This document shows positions 47,608 to 59,840 of a stretch of 64,000 bases of DNA, piece by piece; position 1 is the stretch's first letter, and every line of letters starts with the position of its first letter. Below the pieces are notes generated by a model. It did no database searches and was not told the DNA's origin. It saw only the letters and a program-made list of their open reading frames with translations. A program made the position numbers and the translations under genes. This stretch comes from Macrostomum lignano (lineage: Eukaryota). Where the stretch lies: contig NIVC01002580.1 in the NCBI GenBank assembly GCA_002269645.1, positions 44,490 to 108,489 of the forward strand, read 5' to 3'.

Positions 47608-49497
47608 TCATTTGGAGTCGGTTCTTAACTCAACCGAGTCCTTGCTCCCCGGTCGTTTTACTAATATAGTTCGCTTAACTGTGATCCATTTGCATTTTCT
47701 TGCTGACTTTTCGTTTTTACTAGGCATTTCTTGCATTCCTTCTGGACAGCCCTTGCAGCCCAGCTTCCACACTTTGTTGGTTACCTTGATTGTTTTGCCG
47801 TCCTTTGACTTGAACCAATCGGTGGGCTGAAACGAATCGCACGACTGCCAAAAGGACGCACTTTCCGAGCCGGGTGGCTGCTGAATCGGCAGCTTCTGAA
47901 GACTGCGCGGCGTGTTCATTCTGTCTTCAAGACTTAATGCTGCAGCAGTGCTCAATGAACTCAGGCCTTTCTTTTCTATCAGACTTGTCATTCCAGCGCC
48001 ATCAGTGACTTTTCTTGAGTCACTCTTGAAGTTCTTTTCACCTTGATTGGTTTGCTTCTCAGATAAAGATGTCGTATTCATATCTGCTGCAGTTTCAGCC
48101 AAGCGGCTTCGGTTTAATAGCCTGTACTGCTTGAGCAACTTCGGATCGATGTTCTGCGGATCGTCGTGGTCAACGATGCAGGCCATGTGCAGGAACAGGA
48201 ACTCCTTGTACGCTCTGCGATCCATTGATGCCAAATCCTTGTTGCGGTCACTGAAGCACATTGTCTTGCACGTGAACTTCACGGCGTTTAAGTCTAGCCA
48301 TTGCTTTAGCTCGTCTCCGGAATGGTGCTCAACGTTCATTGCGAGCCACTTTGTCGCAAGATCGTTAAAGTGGTTTCCAATGCCAACAGTTTCGTCGCAC
48401 CGGGTCAGCTTGTTCAGCACGGACTCCTTCCACTGAGATCTCACGGATGTAAGAAAGGAGACTGCCCAGTCCAGACTTTCCACCCTGCGGCACTCCTCAA
48501 TGGCGTAGCTGATTGCGTCACAGAAGTAGCTCAGCAAGAAGTGACCGCAGCCAATCACTCGAAGCAGATCTTGTCTATTGGGCTCAATGTGGAAGTCTTT
48601 GTCAACGAGCACCAAAGTTTGGCCTTTTGCATGGTCGTGATAAAACATAGGACTGTCCGAATATTTGTCACTGCCGTAGTTTCTGAACCGGCGGACAAGC
48701 TCCTTGGCAAGTATGAGTTCCATTTCTCTCACAGACGCAACCATCTCATTGCTCACTGAATTGTCCTCGTCCCAGTGATGGACATAGTGTAGGCATTCGT
48801 CAGTTTTGAGCGAATTTATGACTCTAGCTACTTTCTGCGACTCGCTTTCCTTGTAGTTATTTTTCGCATACTTTTGTTTAGCTTCAAAATCTTTATAAAC
48901 TTTGCCTAGGGACAGTTTTGCTTGATTTTTAATCAACCTGTTAGTTTTAATATCACTCGCAAGCGGAGTCTTTTCGTTTGCTTTGGTGGAATTCTGTTTG
49001 TACTGCAACTCTTTTTGCTGCTGAAGTTGTTTCGCATCAATTTTACTCGACGCTTTGCCGCCCTGTCCTGATTCAATTTTTACTGACGTCATTTCCATGT
49101 CCCGCTCAGATTTTATTGTATTACCTGTCTTCCCAGCAATAGGTACCTTCTCAGCCTGAGCGGTCTGAAAAACAATTATATCCTCTACACTTGTAGTCGT
49201 AGTGGTTTCAACGTCTTCAACTACCACGGATCTGATCTCGCTTACACTGGCGATGTTGCCATCCGGTTGGTTACGACTTGCGGTATCATTTTTGCCAGCT
49301 TTGAGTGCTACAACGGACGTAGTTTCGACGTAACTCGTTCTCTTGTGAACAGTGACGCTACTTGTACTTTTGATGCTGGACACGCTGCTGATGCTAATGG
49401 TATCTTCGTCCTTGTCCTGCGAAGGTTTGTCTTTGCTGACGTTGACATTCTTGACGGCAACCTTCTTGGATTGATTTTTCGTGACATTCTTTTTCAT
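47608..49497 (-). CDS. Single-exon uncharacterised 629-aa protein (S/T/K-rich ends, ~230-aa globular-looking core)
   Basis: Long non-repetitive ORF, ATG in AAAC-ATG context with an in-frame stop 30 nt upstream. No recognisable family. Confidence 0.85.
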   Translation of the reverse strand: MKKNVTKNQSKKVAVKNVNVSKDKPSQDKDEDTISISSVSSIKSTSSVTVHKRTSYVETTSVVALKAGKNDTASRNQPDGNIASVSEIRSVVVEDVETTTTTSVEDIIVFQTAQAEKVPIAGKTGNTIKSERDMEMTSVKIESGQGGKASSKIDAKQLQQQKELQYKQNSTKANEKTPLASDIKTNRLIKNQAKLSLGKVYKDFEAKQKYAKNNYKESESQKVARVINSLKTDECLHYVHHWDEDNSVSNEMVASVREMELILAKELVRRFRNYGSDKYSDSPMFYHDHAKGQTLVLVDKDFHIEPNRQDLLRVIGCGHFLLSYFCDAISYAIEECRRVESLDWAVSFLTSVRSQWKESVLNKLTRCDETVGIGNHFNDLATKWLAMNVEHHSGDELKQWLDLNAVKFTCKTMCFSDRNKDLASMDRRAYKEFLFLHMACIVDHDDPQNIDPKLLKQYRLLNRSRLAETAADMNTTSLSEKQTNQGEKNFKSDSRKVTDGAGMTSLIEKKGLSSLSTAAALSLEDRMNTPRSLQKLPIQQPPGSESASFWQSCDSFQPTDWFKSKDGKTIKVTNKVWKLGCKGCPEGMQEMPSKNEKSARKCKWITVKRTILVKRPGSKDSVELRTDSK

Positions 49498-51400
49498 GTT
49501 TGATTTCGCGCAGTCGAGTTGGGTTTTTCAGTGTCTCGACCCGAATTGATGATGCACCTTCATTTCTGGAATTAGTACTGGAATCGGTATTTTTAAATCA
49601 AGCTTGGATAGCTGCATGTGTAGACTAAATATTTAGTCTATGTTTGGAGCGAAATCCGGGTTCCCTTATAGTTCTGCTATTTTTAGTTGATTTCATCCGC
49701 TCAATGAGCCACGCAACGTTGAATTAAAAAAACAGACAGAAGTCCATAAGGCCCTACTGTAGTCTATCTAGTAGTCTGCGCGAGTCTTGCAAGATTAATT
49801 TCCTTGACGACAAAAACTCGGTTCGACTGGTCCCTGTTGCGCTTCTTGACGTAACATGCTACGCAATTAGGATGTGATTACGGAGAAGCTTAAGAAAATA
49901 TGTGCCTAACCGCGTCTCAGCACACGACACGACAGCTAGTTTCCCAACAATTGGTAAACAGGCTTTTCAGGGTTTGACAGAGCAGGTTGGAGATGCGGAG
50001 GCGCCAACTAGCTGAATATTCAGCAAGCTATAGCCGCGGAATCAGTGGTCATTGATTTAATCAAAAGTTAGTCTAGGAGTTTAGAAATTTGGGACATTAG
50101 TAATTGCTGCAGACCCAGCATTGCCAAGCTAGGGAAACTGTTGGATCGTGTAGCTAAGTCTAGACTTAGTTATTCTAAATTGGGAGCTGAAAGTGTCAAC
50201 TAATGGATATGCTGCTACTGCCGCTGTTTAAGTATTTGATCTTCGTGCTCTGACAAATGCAGGCTAAATGTTTCCCAGACTATCAAGCCACAGATATTCT
50301 TTGCTAGAATTGTCTGCCTCATATCGTGAAAGAAAAGAGGAGAGGGCGTTTAGTGTGAATTGGAATGTCGATAAAAAATGATTAACCCCGAGCATAGACC
50401 AATTATATTACAGTCGCTCGGAAGCTTAGCTAGAGCTCCGACGTGGGACCGATTTTCGAGTTGGACTCTAATACCATTCTCAGATAAAATTGCCTATCGC
50501 TTCCTAGGGACACCACAAAATCAAATGCCAATGTAATGGCTGACTGCGTAAGGCTCAGCACGTTGCGCCCAAGCGTTTGAATAGAACGATATCAATTATT
50601 TCAAGCCGCTGAAACGCTGCCCAGCAATTTGGTCCAGCGCCAGTTCGCCAATCTATCTGTTGCTCGCTCCGTTGCATCGAATAGAGTTCAGTTTATTCGG
50701 AAAGTTACAAAATTTTAAATTGAGCCTAGCAGACTACGCGACTAACAGTGGCCGCTCCCAGAGGAGAGAATTTGCTTGTCAAGTATAAGCACTAAACGAA
50801 CGGCTTGGCTCCCTCCAGACGAATTTTGCATCCAGCTTGATGGTGGGAGCAGCTTTGGCATATTAGAATTTTGCTACCAGTTTCTGTCTGTCGATTTCGA
50901 TGACGGATCAGTAAAGTCGCGGCGAGCATTCGAGGGTGCTTGAAAAATACTACAGGGTGTCTCTGGAGACTGGGTCGGTCGGTTTTAGTGTCGTAAAGCG
51001 AAAAGAGGAGTAGGACTAGGACGAAAATGCGTTATGGCGTTCGTGCTCCTATTTCTGAATTGCATTAGAAATCTGAGACGGCTGGCATAACGAATAGGCA
51101 AACTCAGCCACTATGCCACGTGTCCAATATGCATTAATCGAATAAATTTTAATAGCCGGTAATCGCATAGTACAATAAAAATGCTCATACATGCATAATG
51201 TAGTTTGCTATTGGCTAAGCGGGCTATGGACCAATCAAGTAGAGAGGATTCGGACCTGAGCTTGGTAGAAAAATTTGCGTGAATTCTGGAGTGCAGCTTA
51301 CCAAACTGGGCTTATTTGGCTCTCCGATCTTGAGCCCAGCATTCAAGAACGAGTAGGACGAGTAAAAAACCGAGACAATTTCATAGGAACAAGCAGGCAA

Positions 51401-54400
51401 ATGCAGTCGGATTTCGGCAAACGCCGTCAAATTCTGCGCAACTACGTGGACAACTTCACCAGCAATACCACAGCGCACGGGTTCAGCCGAGCCAATGCCC
51501 AGCAGAACTGGGTGCGCCTTGTCTGGGTTGGCATTGTCATGTCGGCCTTGTTAGGTGCAATTTTTCACGCTACTCAACAGGTGACAACCTACCTGCAGTA
51601 TCCTGTGAGCAGTACGAATCGTATGGAGCCGAATTCGTTTGAGTTCCCAGACTTGACGATGTGCGATCCTCTTAATAAACGCTTCTTTCACTTGACCAGC
51701 GCTGAACTGGCTGCGAAAAGAAATCGCTCAGAAGAGCTAGAAACAACCTACAGTCTGGTGTACAGCTACTTCAACACTGAGACCGATTGGCGCAAGGAGC
51801 GCAAAGCTATCGAGATGATTTACACAACCTGGGAGCACTTGCTGAATATCACGGATGTTAACATTCGGCCAATGGACATGGTGCTTTACTGCACGTTCGA
51901 CGGTGTACCTTGTGGTCACGAGGACTTTCAGGTGTTCTACCACCGAATGTACACCAACTGCTTCACGTTTCGCTCACCTGTACGCCGATTACGCAGCAGC
52001 GGCATGGACCGGGGCCTCTTTCTCCTGCTCTACGTGCCATCTGCCGACGTCAGCCTCAAGATCGATAGTCTCGCCAGATTGGCCTCCGGCTTAGAAAACA
52101 ATGGCATCCGATTTCAGATTCATCAGCGAGACACAATCCCGCATCCGCTGGAGTACGGCATCATGGCGCCCACGGGTACACTCACGGCTGTTGGTCTTGA
52201 ACAGGTGACAACGTCGCTGGCTAACACACCCACACACCCGTGCATACCGCGGGAGCAGCTGGAGCTGTACGACAACCAGTTCGATTTTACGCGCACTTAC
52301 GAGAGGCAGCTATTCGATTGCATCAAGGCCGAGTACCACCAGGAGGTGCGCAAACTCTGCCACTGCGTTTTGGAGAGTCATGTGATAGTAGATCACAGCT
52401 TCAACTGTTCATCTGTGACCTTCTGTCACGATCTGATTGGAATGCGCGATCCTAACAGGGTAAAGAAGATAAAGCAGCTGTACAAGCAAATCTCAGAAAA
52501 AGTAGGGAAGCGGGAAGATTTATCTGGCTACATCCGCTTTGGCCAGGAGATGCGACGCGCCGACCCAAGCCTAGATGAGGCGCTAAATCGCATGTTGTGT
52601 TCGGACAACGTCTCGGAGAATGTCGTCAAGCCGGAACTGTGCTACGATTCGTGCAACTATAATACGTACTCCTACAGCCTATCACAGTGCCCCTGGCCAG
52701 AGGACTCATTTAAAGTGCGCAATGCACAAATTCAAATGATCAAAATCTCTGAAATGCTGGACGCCTATCGAGATCGACACAAGCATATTTTTCCGCGACC
52801 CGCTTTGACTAAGTCGATGCAGGAACACAACCTGAGCACGGCCAGTTGTCAAACGTTTGACACGCAGAATATGACGGTGCCGGATCAGGAAGAATGCAAA
52901 CGCGTTCAGGGCTTTGTTCGACGATCCATCGTGCAACTGAGGGTCTACCCGGAAACTCTGACTGTCCGGCACACGATAGAGGAGCGGAGTTACGAGCTGG
53001 TGAACCTCTGCTCAGATTTTGGCGGTAAGCAGATGTGGAATGTCTGTAAATTTGTATAAAAAACGATGCTATAAACATTAAGTGCTTCACAACTGTCACA
53101 AATAGCATGTCACGCATTCAGTTATGACTTCAGTTACTATACGAACAAGTAATCAACCAAAACCTTGAAACCCTAGTCAGCATCAAGTCAGTAGCGGATC
53201 TTCCTGGATCAATCGCTATTTGTTTCAGTTCATTCCGGCAAGTTCTGAGAGTTCTTCGATATACTCTAACTGAATATCCGAGCTGCTATGGTTTAGCTAG
53301 GCTCACTAGCTGTAGAGTCAAAGTCGCCCACCCTGCACACAATACTTTCACGGGGCTGTTGTAGTGTCGTCAATAACTATTTGTACAGCACTAGCGAACC
53401 ACTCCAGCACAAGAGGATTCTCTGTAAAACAGCAGGTGCCTGCAAAGTAGTGACTAGTGTGTTTCAGCCCATTGAGAAGCTCTTTGACAGTACCGGTACT
53501 AGGGAATAGTAATCAATAGAGTCCTCTCCCGCTGCGTGCATTGCGCGAATGCAGATGTGTTAATTACGCTCGTATTTATGGCAAGGCTCTCTCTACAAGG
53601 CGTATATACGTATTTGTACAGTACTCGCTCGATTTGAGTCGGATAAGTTAGCTAGCTCATATTTTCACGTTTTAGCATTGCAGTCCTAATTACATTAAAC
53701 TGCTGTTTCGTGCACATTAATTAGATCCTTGTTAATGATTACATCTGGCCAGAGAATATTATCGCTGTCTATAGCCATCCATGATCAATTATGTCATGCC
53801 CCGCTCTAATCCAAGCCCCGCTCATTTATCCAAATGATTTCTGCACCCGGTATCCATGGGCGAAAAATTCCATTAGTTTTCTTTCGAAGGCCAAATGTAA
53901 ATAATAATAATTATTATTATTATCATTATGACTTTTGTGCTTCGCTGGCAACAGTGTGCGACTTAAGCAGACTCTTGTTCAATTTTTAATGCCGGCTATT
54001 TGTCCTGGATAGCAAGGCCCAGTGGAGTGGGTGTCCATTACCTGGCCTTGTATGGGGCCTATCCCGGTCTGGCCGGGCGTCCCTAATCTAATTTGCCTCA
54101 GCGCCATACCGAATGCGGGGGCGCGGATGACTAATCTGCCTTTGTGTCCGCCTACCAGATCCAAATATTTTATTTGACTTTTCGCCATGCAGTCGCTAGC
54201 AAAGCTGGGATTTTGTGGATAGGGACTTACTGAATTGTTAACTTTTCCCAGCTCATATTCTGCTACGAAGAGAGGAGATCGGCTTCTAGTTACAGAAGTG
54301 CTAAACTGAATTTTGCTACGAGTATTGAACTCAATCCTGCTCACTAGCAGGTAACGGCACCTGTACTATCTGAATGGATGACTCGATGATGCTTAACCAT

Positions 54401-55664
54401 ATCACATTCGATATATGGAGATGCAATAAGTGTAGGTCAAGGGTGTTGAAATAAAAAAAAATGTCGATTACACGGCACTGTATATTTAGATCGCTTCGAA
54501 TGCCGAGAAATAGCTGTCATGCGGAGAAGAAGCGATTTTATATTAATGACATTATCCAAAATGCTCTAAACCCTTGATTTTTATGTTGTAAGCATTTAAA
54601 ACTGTAAGGTAAATATATAGAATTTTAATAACAACTGTGAAGTTTTACCGTCCTATTGGTTTCATAGAAAATTACAAGACAATCTAGATGAAAAAGACAG
54701 TGACCAAGTGGTATTCCCGGGCGCGTCTCATGTATGCCAAGACTCCAAGCTCAAATTTTTATCAATCACTTGTCAAAAAGCAGTGTGGTGAGAAACCGCT
54801 TGCCCCTGGGAGTAAGCCGTGCTTTCATTTATTTGCCCCAAGACAATAAAACAAGTATTTCCCTTCAGTTGGAGGGCAGAGACATCCAGTGAAATTGTGA
54901 CATAGGCTGGATATGTATAATGAACGCTGCCGAATTGATTTGAAGCAGCTCGTATTTGTCCATCATACAAGTGACGCCGACATCCCTCGGCGTAATCCGT
55001 CATGTAAAAAGACCCAATTCGCCACTAACGTCCATCCACTAGATTAGCTCGTATAAGTCTAGTTCTTAACGGTACTTCTTGCATTCAAAGCACAATTAAA
55101 ATACAATCTTCAATTTTCATTCACCAAATTTTTTCAGGTGTACTGGGCCTCTGGATCGGATTCAGCATAGTGACTATCTTTGAGTTTATCGAGATATTCA
55201 TAATCTGCGCCTCGTACTACTGGTACAGACTGATTGGCCAGATACCCAGAGCCAAGCGCAACCCGATGCTCGTGCCAAAGAAGCCAGGGTTCCCGCGGCA
55301 ACGTCAGCAGCAGCAGCAGCAGCAGCAAAACGAACAACAGCAACAGACTCGGAACTACGGCAGAGAGACGGAGCTGCTAGTCAGCGCTTCGCCTATCGTC
55401 CTGTCCTCGTCGGCCCCAATGAGCATCCAGTCGGCACTGAGCCCCTGCGACAACAATAGTCAGCCGCAGTCTTCGCAGCGGCCGAGCTCTCGTCGGCAGA
55501 AACAGCAACCGCACCGGCTGCAATATCAGCAGCAAGGCGCTACTTCTTCTTCTTCTGCTGCTGCTGCTGCTGCTAAGCTAGACCTGCCGATGAACCAATA
55601 CGAGCTCGAGCATGGATATTATCCCAGCAGAAAGAATCGACTCATGTCGCTTCTCGCTGATTAG
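51401..55664 (+). CDS. DEG/ENaC family channel, FaNaC (FMRFamide-gated Na+ channel)-like; exons 51401-53024 and 55138-55664 (716 aa)
   Basis: Pre-TM1 TTAHG motif, TM1, FPDLTMCD, YTNCFTF, GIRFQIH, Cys-rich thumb and TM2 SDFGG|VLGLWIGFS. Phase-1 intron GGCG|gtaagc...ttttcag|GT splits the conserved GG. Confidence 0.95.
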
Positions 55665-57154
55665 GTGTAATAGAAATTAAAGGATAACTTTGTACATGCG
55701 AGCTCCAATCGAATATTGATACCTGAGCCTGTTCTTCGAGTATAGATAAATCGCTCTGTCACTTTGCCTGCGTACGGGGAGGGCGGGTGTTGCGAATGTA
55801 GTGATGATGTAGTGGCTGCGAACACCATCGCCTCCGATCCTTAGACCATTCCACCTTGGTTTCTATCTTGCCCTTCCTGCGCTGCAGTGGTCTTCCACTA
55901 AACAATTAAAACAAGTCTCTATCCATTGCGCACCCATGGACAACTGACGTAGTAGAAGAATTTTAAACTTCTGTACAGACATAAGTAGGCTGTACGCTCA
56001 TGATGTTCAAGATAACTTTGTAATGCAGCTTCTATATTCTTCTGTAAGAACTACATGAGAACTACATGAATGCATTCGAAACTAGAGCTACTTCAATTGA
56101 AGAAGTAACTTTTTCGCTGCGTTCATGCCGCTTCAATAGGCTCTTATACAGTAGCTATAGTTAAATAATTACCTACATGTAAGTAAGTTTTCATTTTAAT
56201 TTCCTCAGCGCATTACTCAGCTTTCTTGTTTCTCTTGCCTATAGGAGCATAATTCTGTGCTCCCACACTGTTCACTGCAACAGCTCCTGTCCGCTTCCGT
56301 ATTACTGCCTAATTAGTTGCGACTGTCATCAACATTAATTAATAGAAATAAAAAATACGCTATCTTGATTATTTATTCCTAGCTAGTGTATTATTGCGAT
56401 ACCAAAAAATGTAATTACACAAGCAATAAAGCTGCATCAAGCATGTACCACTATCCACTATCATTTCAAGACGATTTTGATTGCTTAAAGTCACGTTCTT
56501 TAATACCCTATTACCCAATTCAGAGGGGATGCTCGACAAATTTCATCGCCCCTCCCTGGCCTGCCACCGTACGCTAATGAAGTCGGACAGTTAGTCTTTA
56601 AAAGAAAACTTTCATCGGCCTCAGCATCTGTGCGACTGACTTATCCATGCAACTCTCCTAGATAAAATTTAGCTAGGAAAAGAAAAGTTCATCTGATGGG
56701 GTAGGGGTTAAGGGTTGCTGAGTACGAGTCTACGAACCTATTGAGCGTTCCCCTGGGTCCTACGGTGGGTGTGGAGAGAGCACGAGCGGCAGATAGACAG
56801 CTATAGCTTCAAGGGGGCCGCGTATCCCCCATGGTTTCGAGTTCACCGTGACGTTAGAAAGTTGGTCAGAAAAAAGTTGCGAGTTTCTGTTGCAAACTGC
56901 TGCTACACGCGCATATTTTATAAGTGAGGTTCGAATATAAGGCTCGGGTCGGGTGTGCTTGACATCTAGGGGCTCCACGGCTTGTCACCGTGGGTTCAAT
57001 TTTCATCAGATAAATATGCGACCTATAGTAACGGTTGGTATTCGAACAGTTACATCTTTCGGCTTGACCACTTTACAAGTACTCTACTGAATTTATTCGC
57101 TACAGTACTTTTCACTATTTAGCTACTAATGTTTTGAAGCTAACTATATCATCG

Positions 57155-58250
57155 GATGATAGATCCCGGATGTACCAGCAGAATAATAGATCCCGGATAC
57201 AGACAGGATGATAGATCCCGGATGTACCAGCAGAATAATAGATCCCGGATGTACAGACAGTAGGATAGATCCCGGATGTACAGACAGTATGATAGATCCA
57301 AAATGTACAGACAGTATGATAGATCCAAAATGTACCAGCAGTATGATAGATCCCGGATGTACCAGCAGAATAATAGATCCCGGATGTACAGACAGGTTGA
57401 TAGATCCCGGATGTACCAGCAGAATAATAGATCCCGGATGTACAGACAGGATGATAGATCCCGGATGTACCAGCAGAATAATAGATCCCGGATGTACAGA
57501 CAGTATGATAGATCCCGGATGTACAGACAGTATGATAGATCCAAAATGTACAGACAGTATGATAGATCCAAAATGTACCAGCAGTATGATAGATCCCGGA
57601 TGTACAGACCGTAGGATAGATCCCGGATGTACATGTACAGACAGTATGATATTGTAGATCCCGGATGTACCAGCAGAATAATAGATCCCGGATGTACAGA
57701 CAGTATGATAGATCCCAAATGTACCAGCAGTATGATAGATCCCGCATGTACAGACAGTATGATAGATCCCGGATGTACAGACAGTATGATAGATCCCAAA
57801 TGTACCAGCAATATGATAGATCCCGCATGTACAGACAGTATGACAGATCCCGCATGTACAGACAGTATGATAGATCCCGGATGTACAGACAGTATGATAG
57901 ATCCCGGATGTACAGACAGTATGATAGATCCCGGATTTACAGACAGTATGATAGATCTCGGATGTACATACAGTATGATAGATCCCGGATGTACAGACAG
58001 TCTGATAGATCCAGGATATACAGACAGTATGATAGATCCCGGATGTGCCGCCAGTATGATAGATCCCGGATTTACCGGCAGTACGAGTATGATAGATCCC
58101 GCATGTACAGACAGTATGATAGATCCCGGATGTACAGACAGTATGATAGATCCTGGATGTACAGACAGTCTGATAGATCCGGGATATACAGACAGTATGA
58201 TAGATCCCGGATTTACCGGCAGTACGAGTATGATAGATCTTGGGTGTACC
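57155..58250. repeat. 27-bp minisatellite (ATAGATCCCGGATGTACAGACAGTATG)
   Basis: Directly visible; source of the IDPGCTDSM ORFs. Confidence 0.97.
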
Positions 58251-58867
58251 TGAAGAATGATTTGATCTGAGGTTCCGGCAAAAATCTTAATAGTTAGCAA
58301 AGCAAGCACAGGCAAACTACTATTTGCATAGGCAAATGGAAAGCAGATAAGCGTATTAGTGATTCAGCTGATTTGATCAGGAATTTGCCATTCGATTTTC
58401 CAGATATCGGCCAATCCTGAGATTTCACGCAGTACTTTCAGTTTCGTAGTGCAATTGCAATAAATAAACTATCTAGCTTCTCCTCTCTATCTACATGAAT
58501 AGAGCGAAAAGTACATTTACTCATTGCCTGGATTTTACTGCACGAAAGGAGCAGATGATTCCACGCTTGCAATCCATCTGTTTCGGCGAGAATCATCATT
58601 TTGAACGAGGCGACGTCCTGCAATCACCGAGATGCGATCTCCAGCTGGGGCTACGGCCGATCCGGTTGAAACACGTTCAGGCGACAGAAATTAAGGCCAG
58701 CCTGCCGAATTAGAGCCATCTGGCCATTAGAGCGACTTAGCACCTCCCCCCATCTCCCACTCATTCCCCAGTCACACAGAGGCAGATGTCCTCACTGGGC
58801 AAACATTTATACTTTAGAAAACCGCTGAGCAATCAAGAGATTGCGTTTTAGTGCTGATCTCAGTTTG

Positions 58868-59183
58868 CTGCTTGGCTTTATTTATAGTCAGTTAGTCAGT
58901 CAGTCAGTCAGTCAGTCAGTCAGTCAGTCAGTCAGTCACTCCAGTCAGTCAGTCAGTCAGTCAGTCAGTCAGTCAGTCAGTCAGTTAGTCAGTCAGTCAG
59001 TTAGTCAGTCAGTCAGTCAGTCAGTCAGTCAGTCAGTCAGTCAGTCAGTCAGTCAGTCAGTCAGTCAGTCAGTCAGTCAGTCAGTCAGTCAGTCAGTCAG
59101 TCAGTTAGTCAGTTAGTCAGTCAGTCAGTCAGTCAGTCAGTCAGTCAGTCAGTCAGTCAGTCAGTCAGTCAGTCAGTCAGTCA
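58868..59183. repeat. (TCAG)n microsatellite
   Basis: Directly visible. Confidence 0.98.
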
Positions 59184-59352
59184 ATATCGATTATCCGGGG
59201 TGTATTTAAAAGAACTCAGAATGCCATAATGAATTCTTGGATATCAAGTTATTGAAATCTGGAACACCTTGCAGTGGTAGGTTGCATGCAGTGAATCAAT
59301 CTGTACTGGAGTTATTCTCAATAGTCAGAGCCCCAATGCCTCAATGTCAGCG

Positions 59353-59653
59353 TCAATTTCCTGAGGCTGCATTTTGCATCAGACGGTTGCACGGTTGGGC
59401 GTTGGCGGAATCGGCCGCGTCCTCCTGTTGACCTTCAAGGCGTCTTGCCGAGCTCAGCAGAGACCCGAGGCCGCGCATCGCCTCTCGGCCAACGCTGGGC
59501 ACCAGGTAGCCGGGCAGCAGAAATCCGTAGTCACCCTCGTCCGGCAGTTCGACAGTGAATGAGTACGGAACTCCCAGGGAGCCGTGCGCCCAATCGTCAG
59601 AGCCGCCGTTGGCTTCGTCTAATTTTGTTATTAGCTAAATGTTTAAATTACAC

Positions 59654-59684
<31 letters not shown>

Positions 59685-59687
59685 CTA

Positions 59688-59732
<45 letters not shown>

Positions 59733-59735
59733 CTA

Positions 59736-59780
<45 letters not shown>

Positions 59781-59783
59781 CTA

Positions 59784-59840
<57 letters not shown>

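Noticed and set aside
57115-58315. Several long ORFs on both strands
   Set aside because: 27-bp repeat translations.
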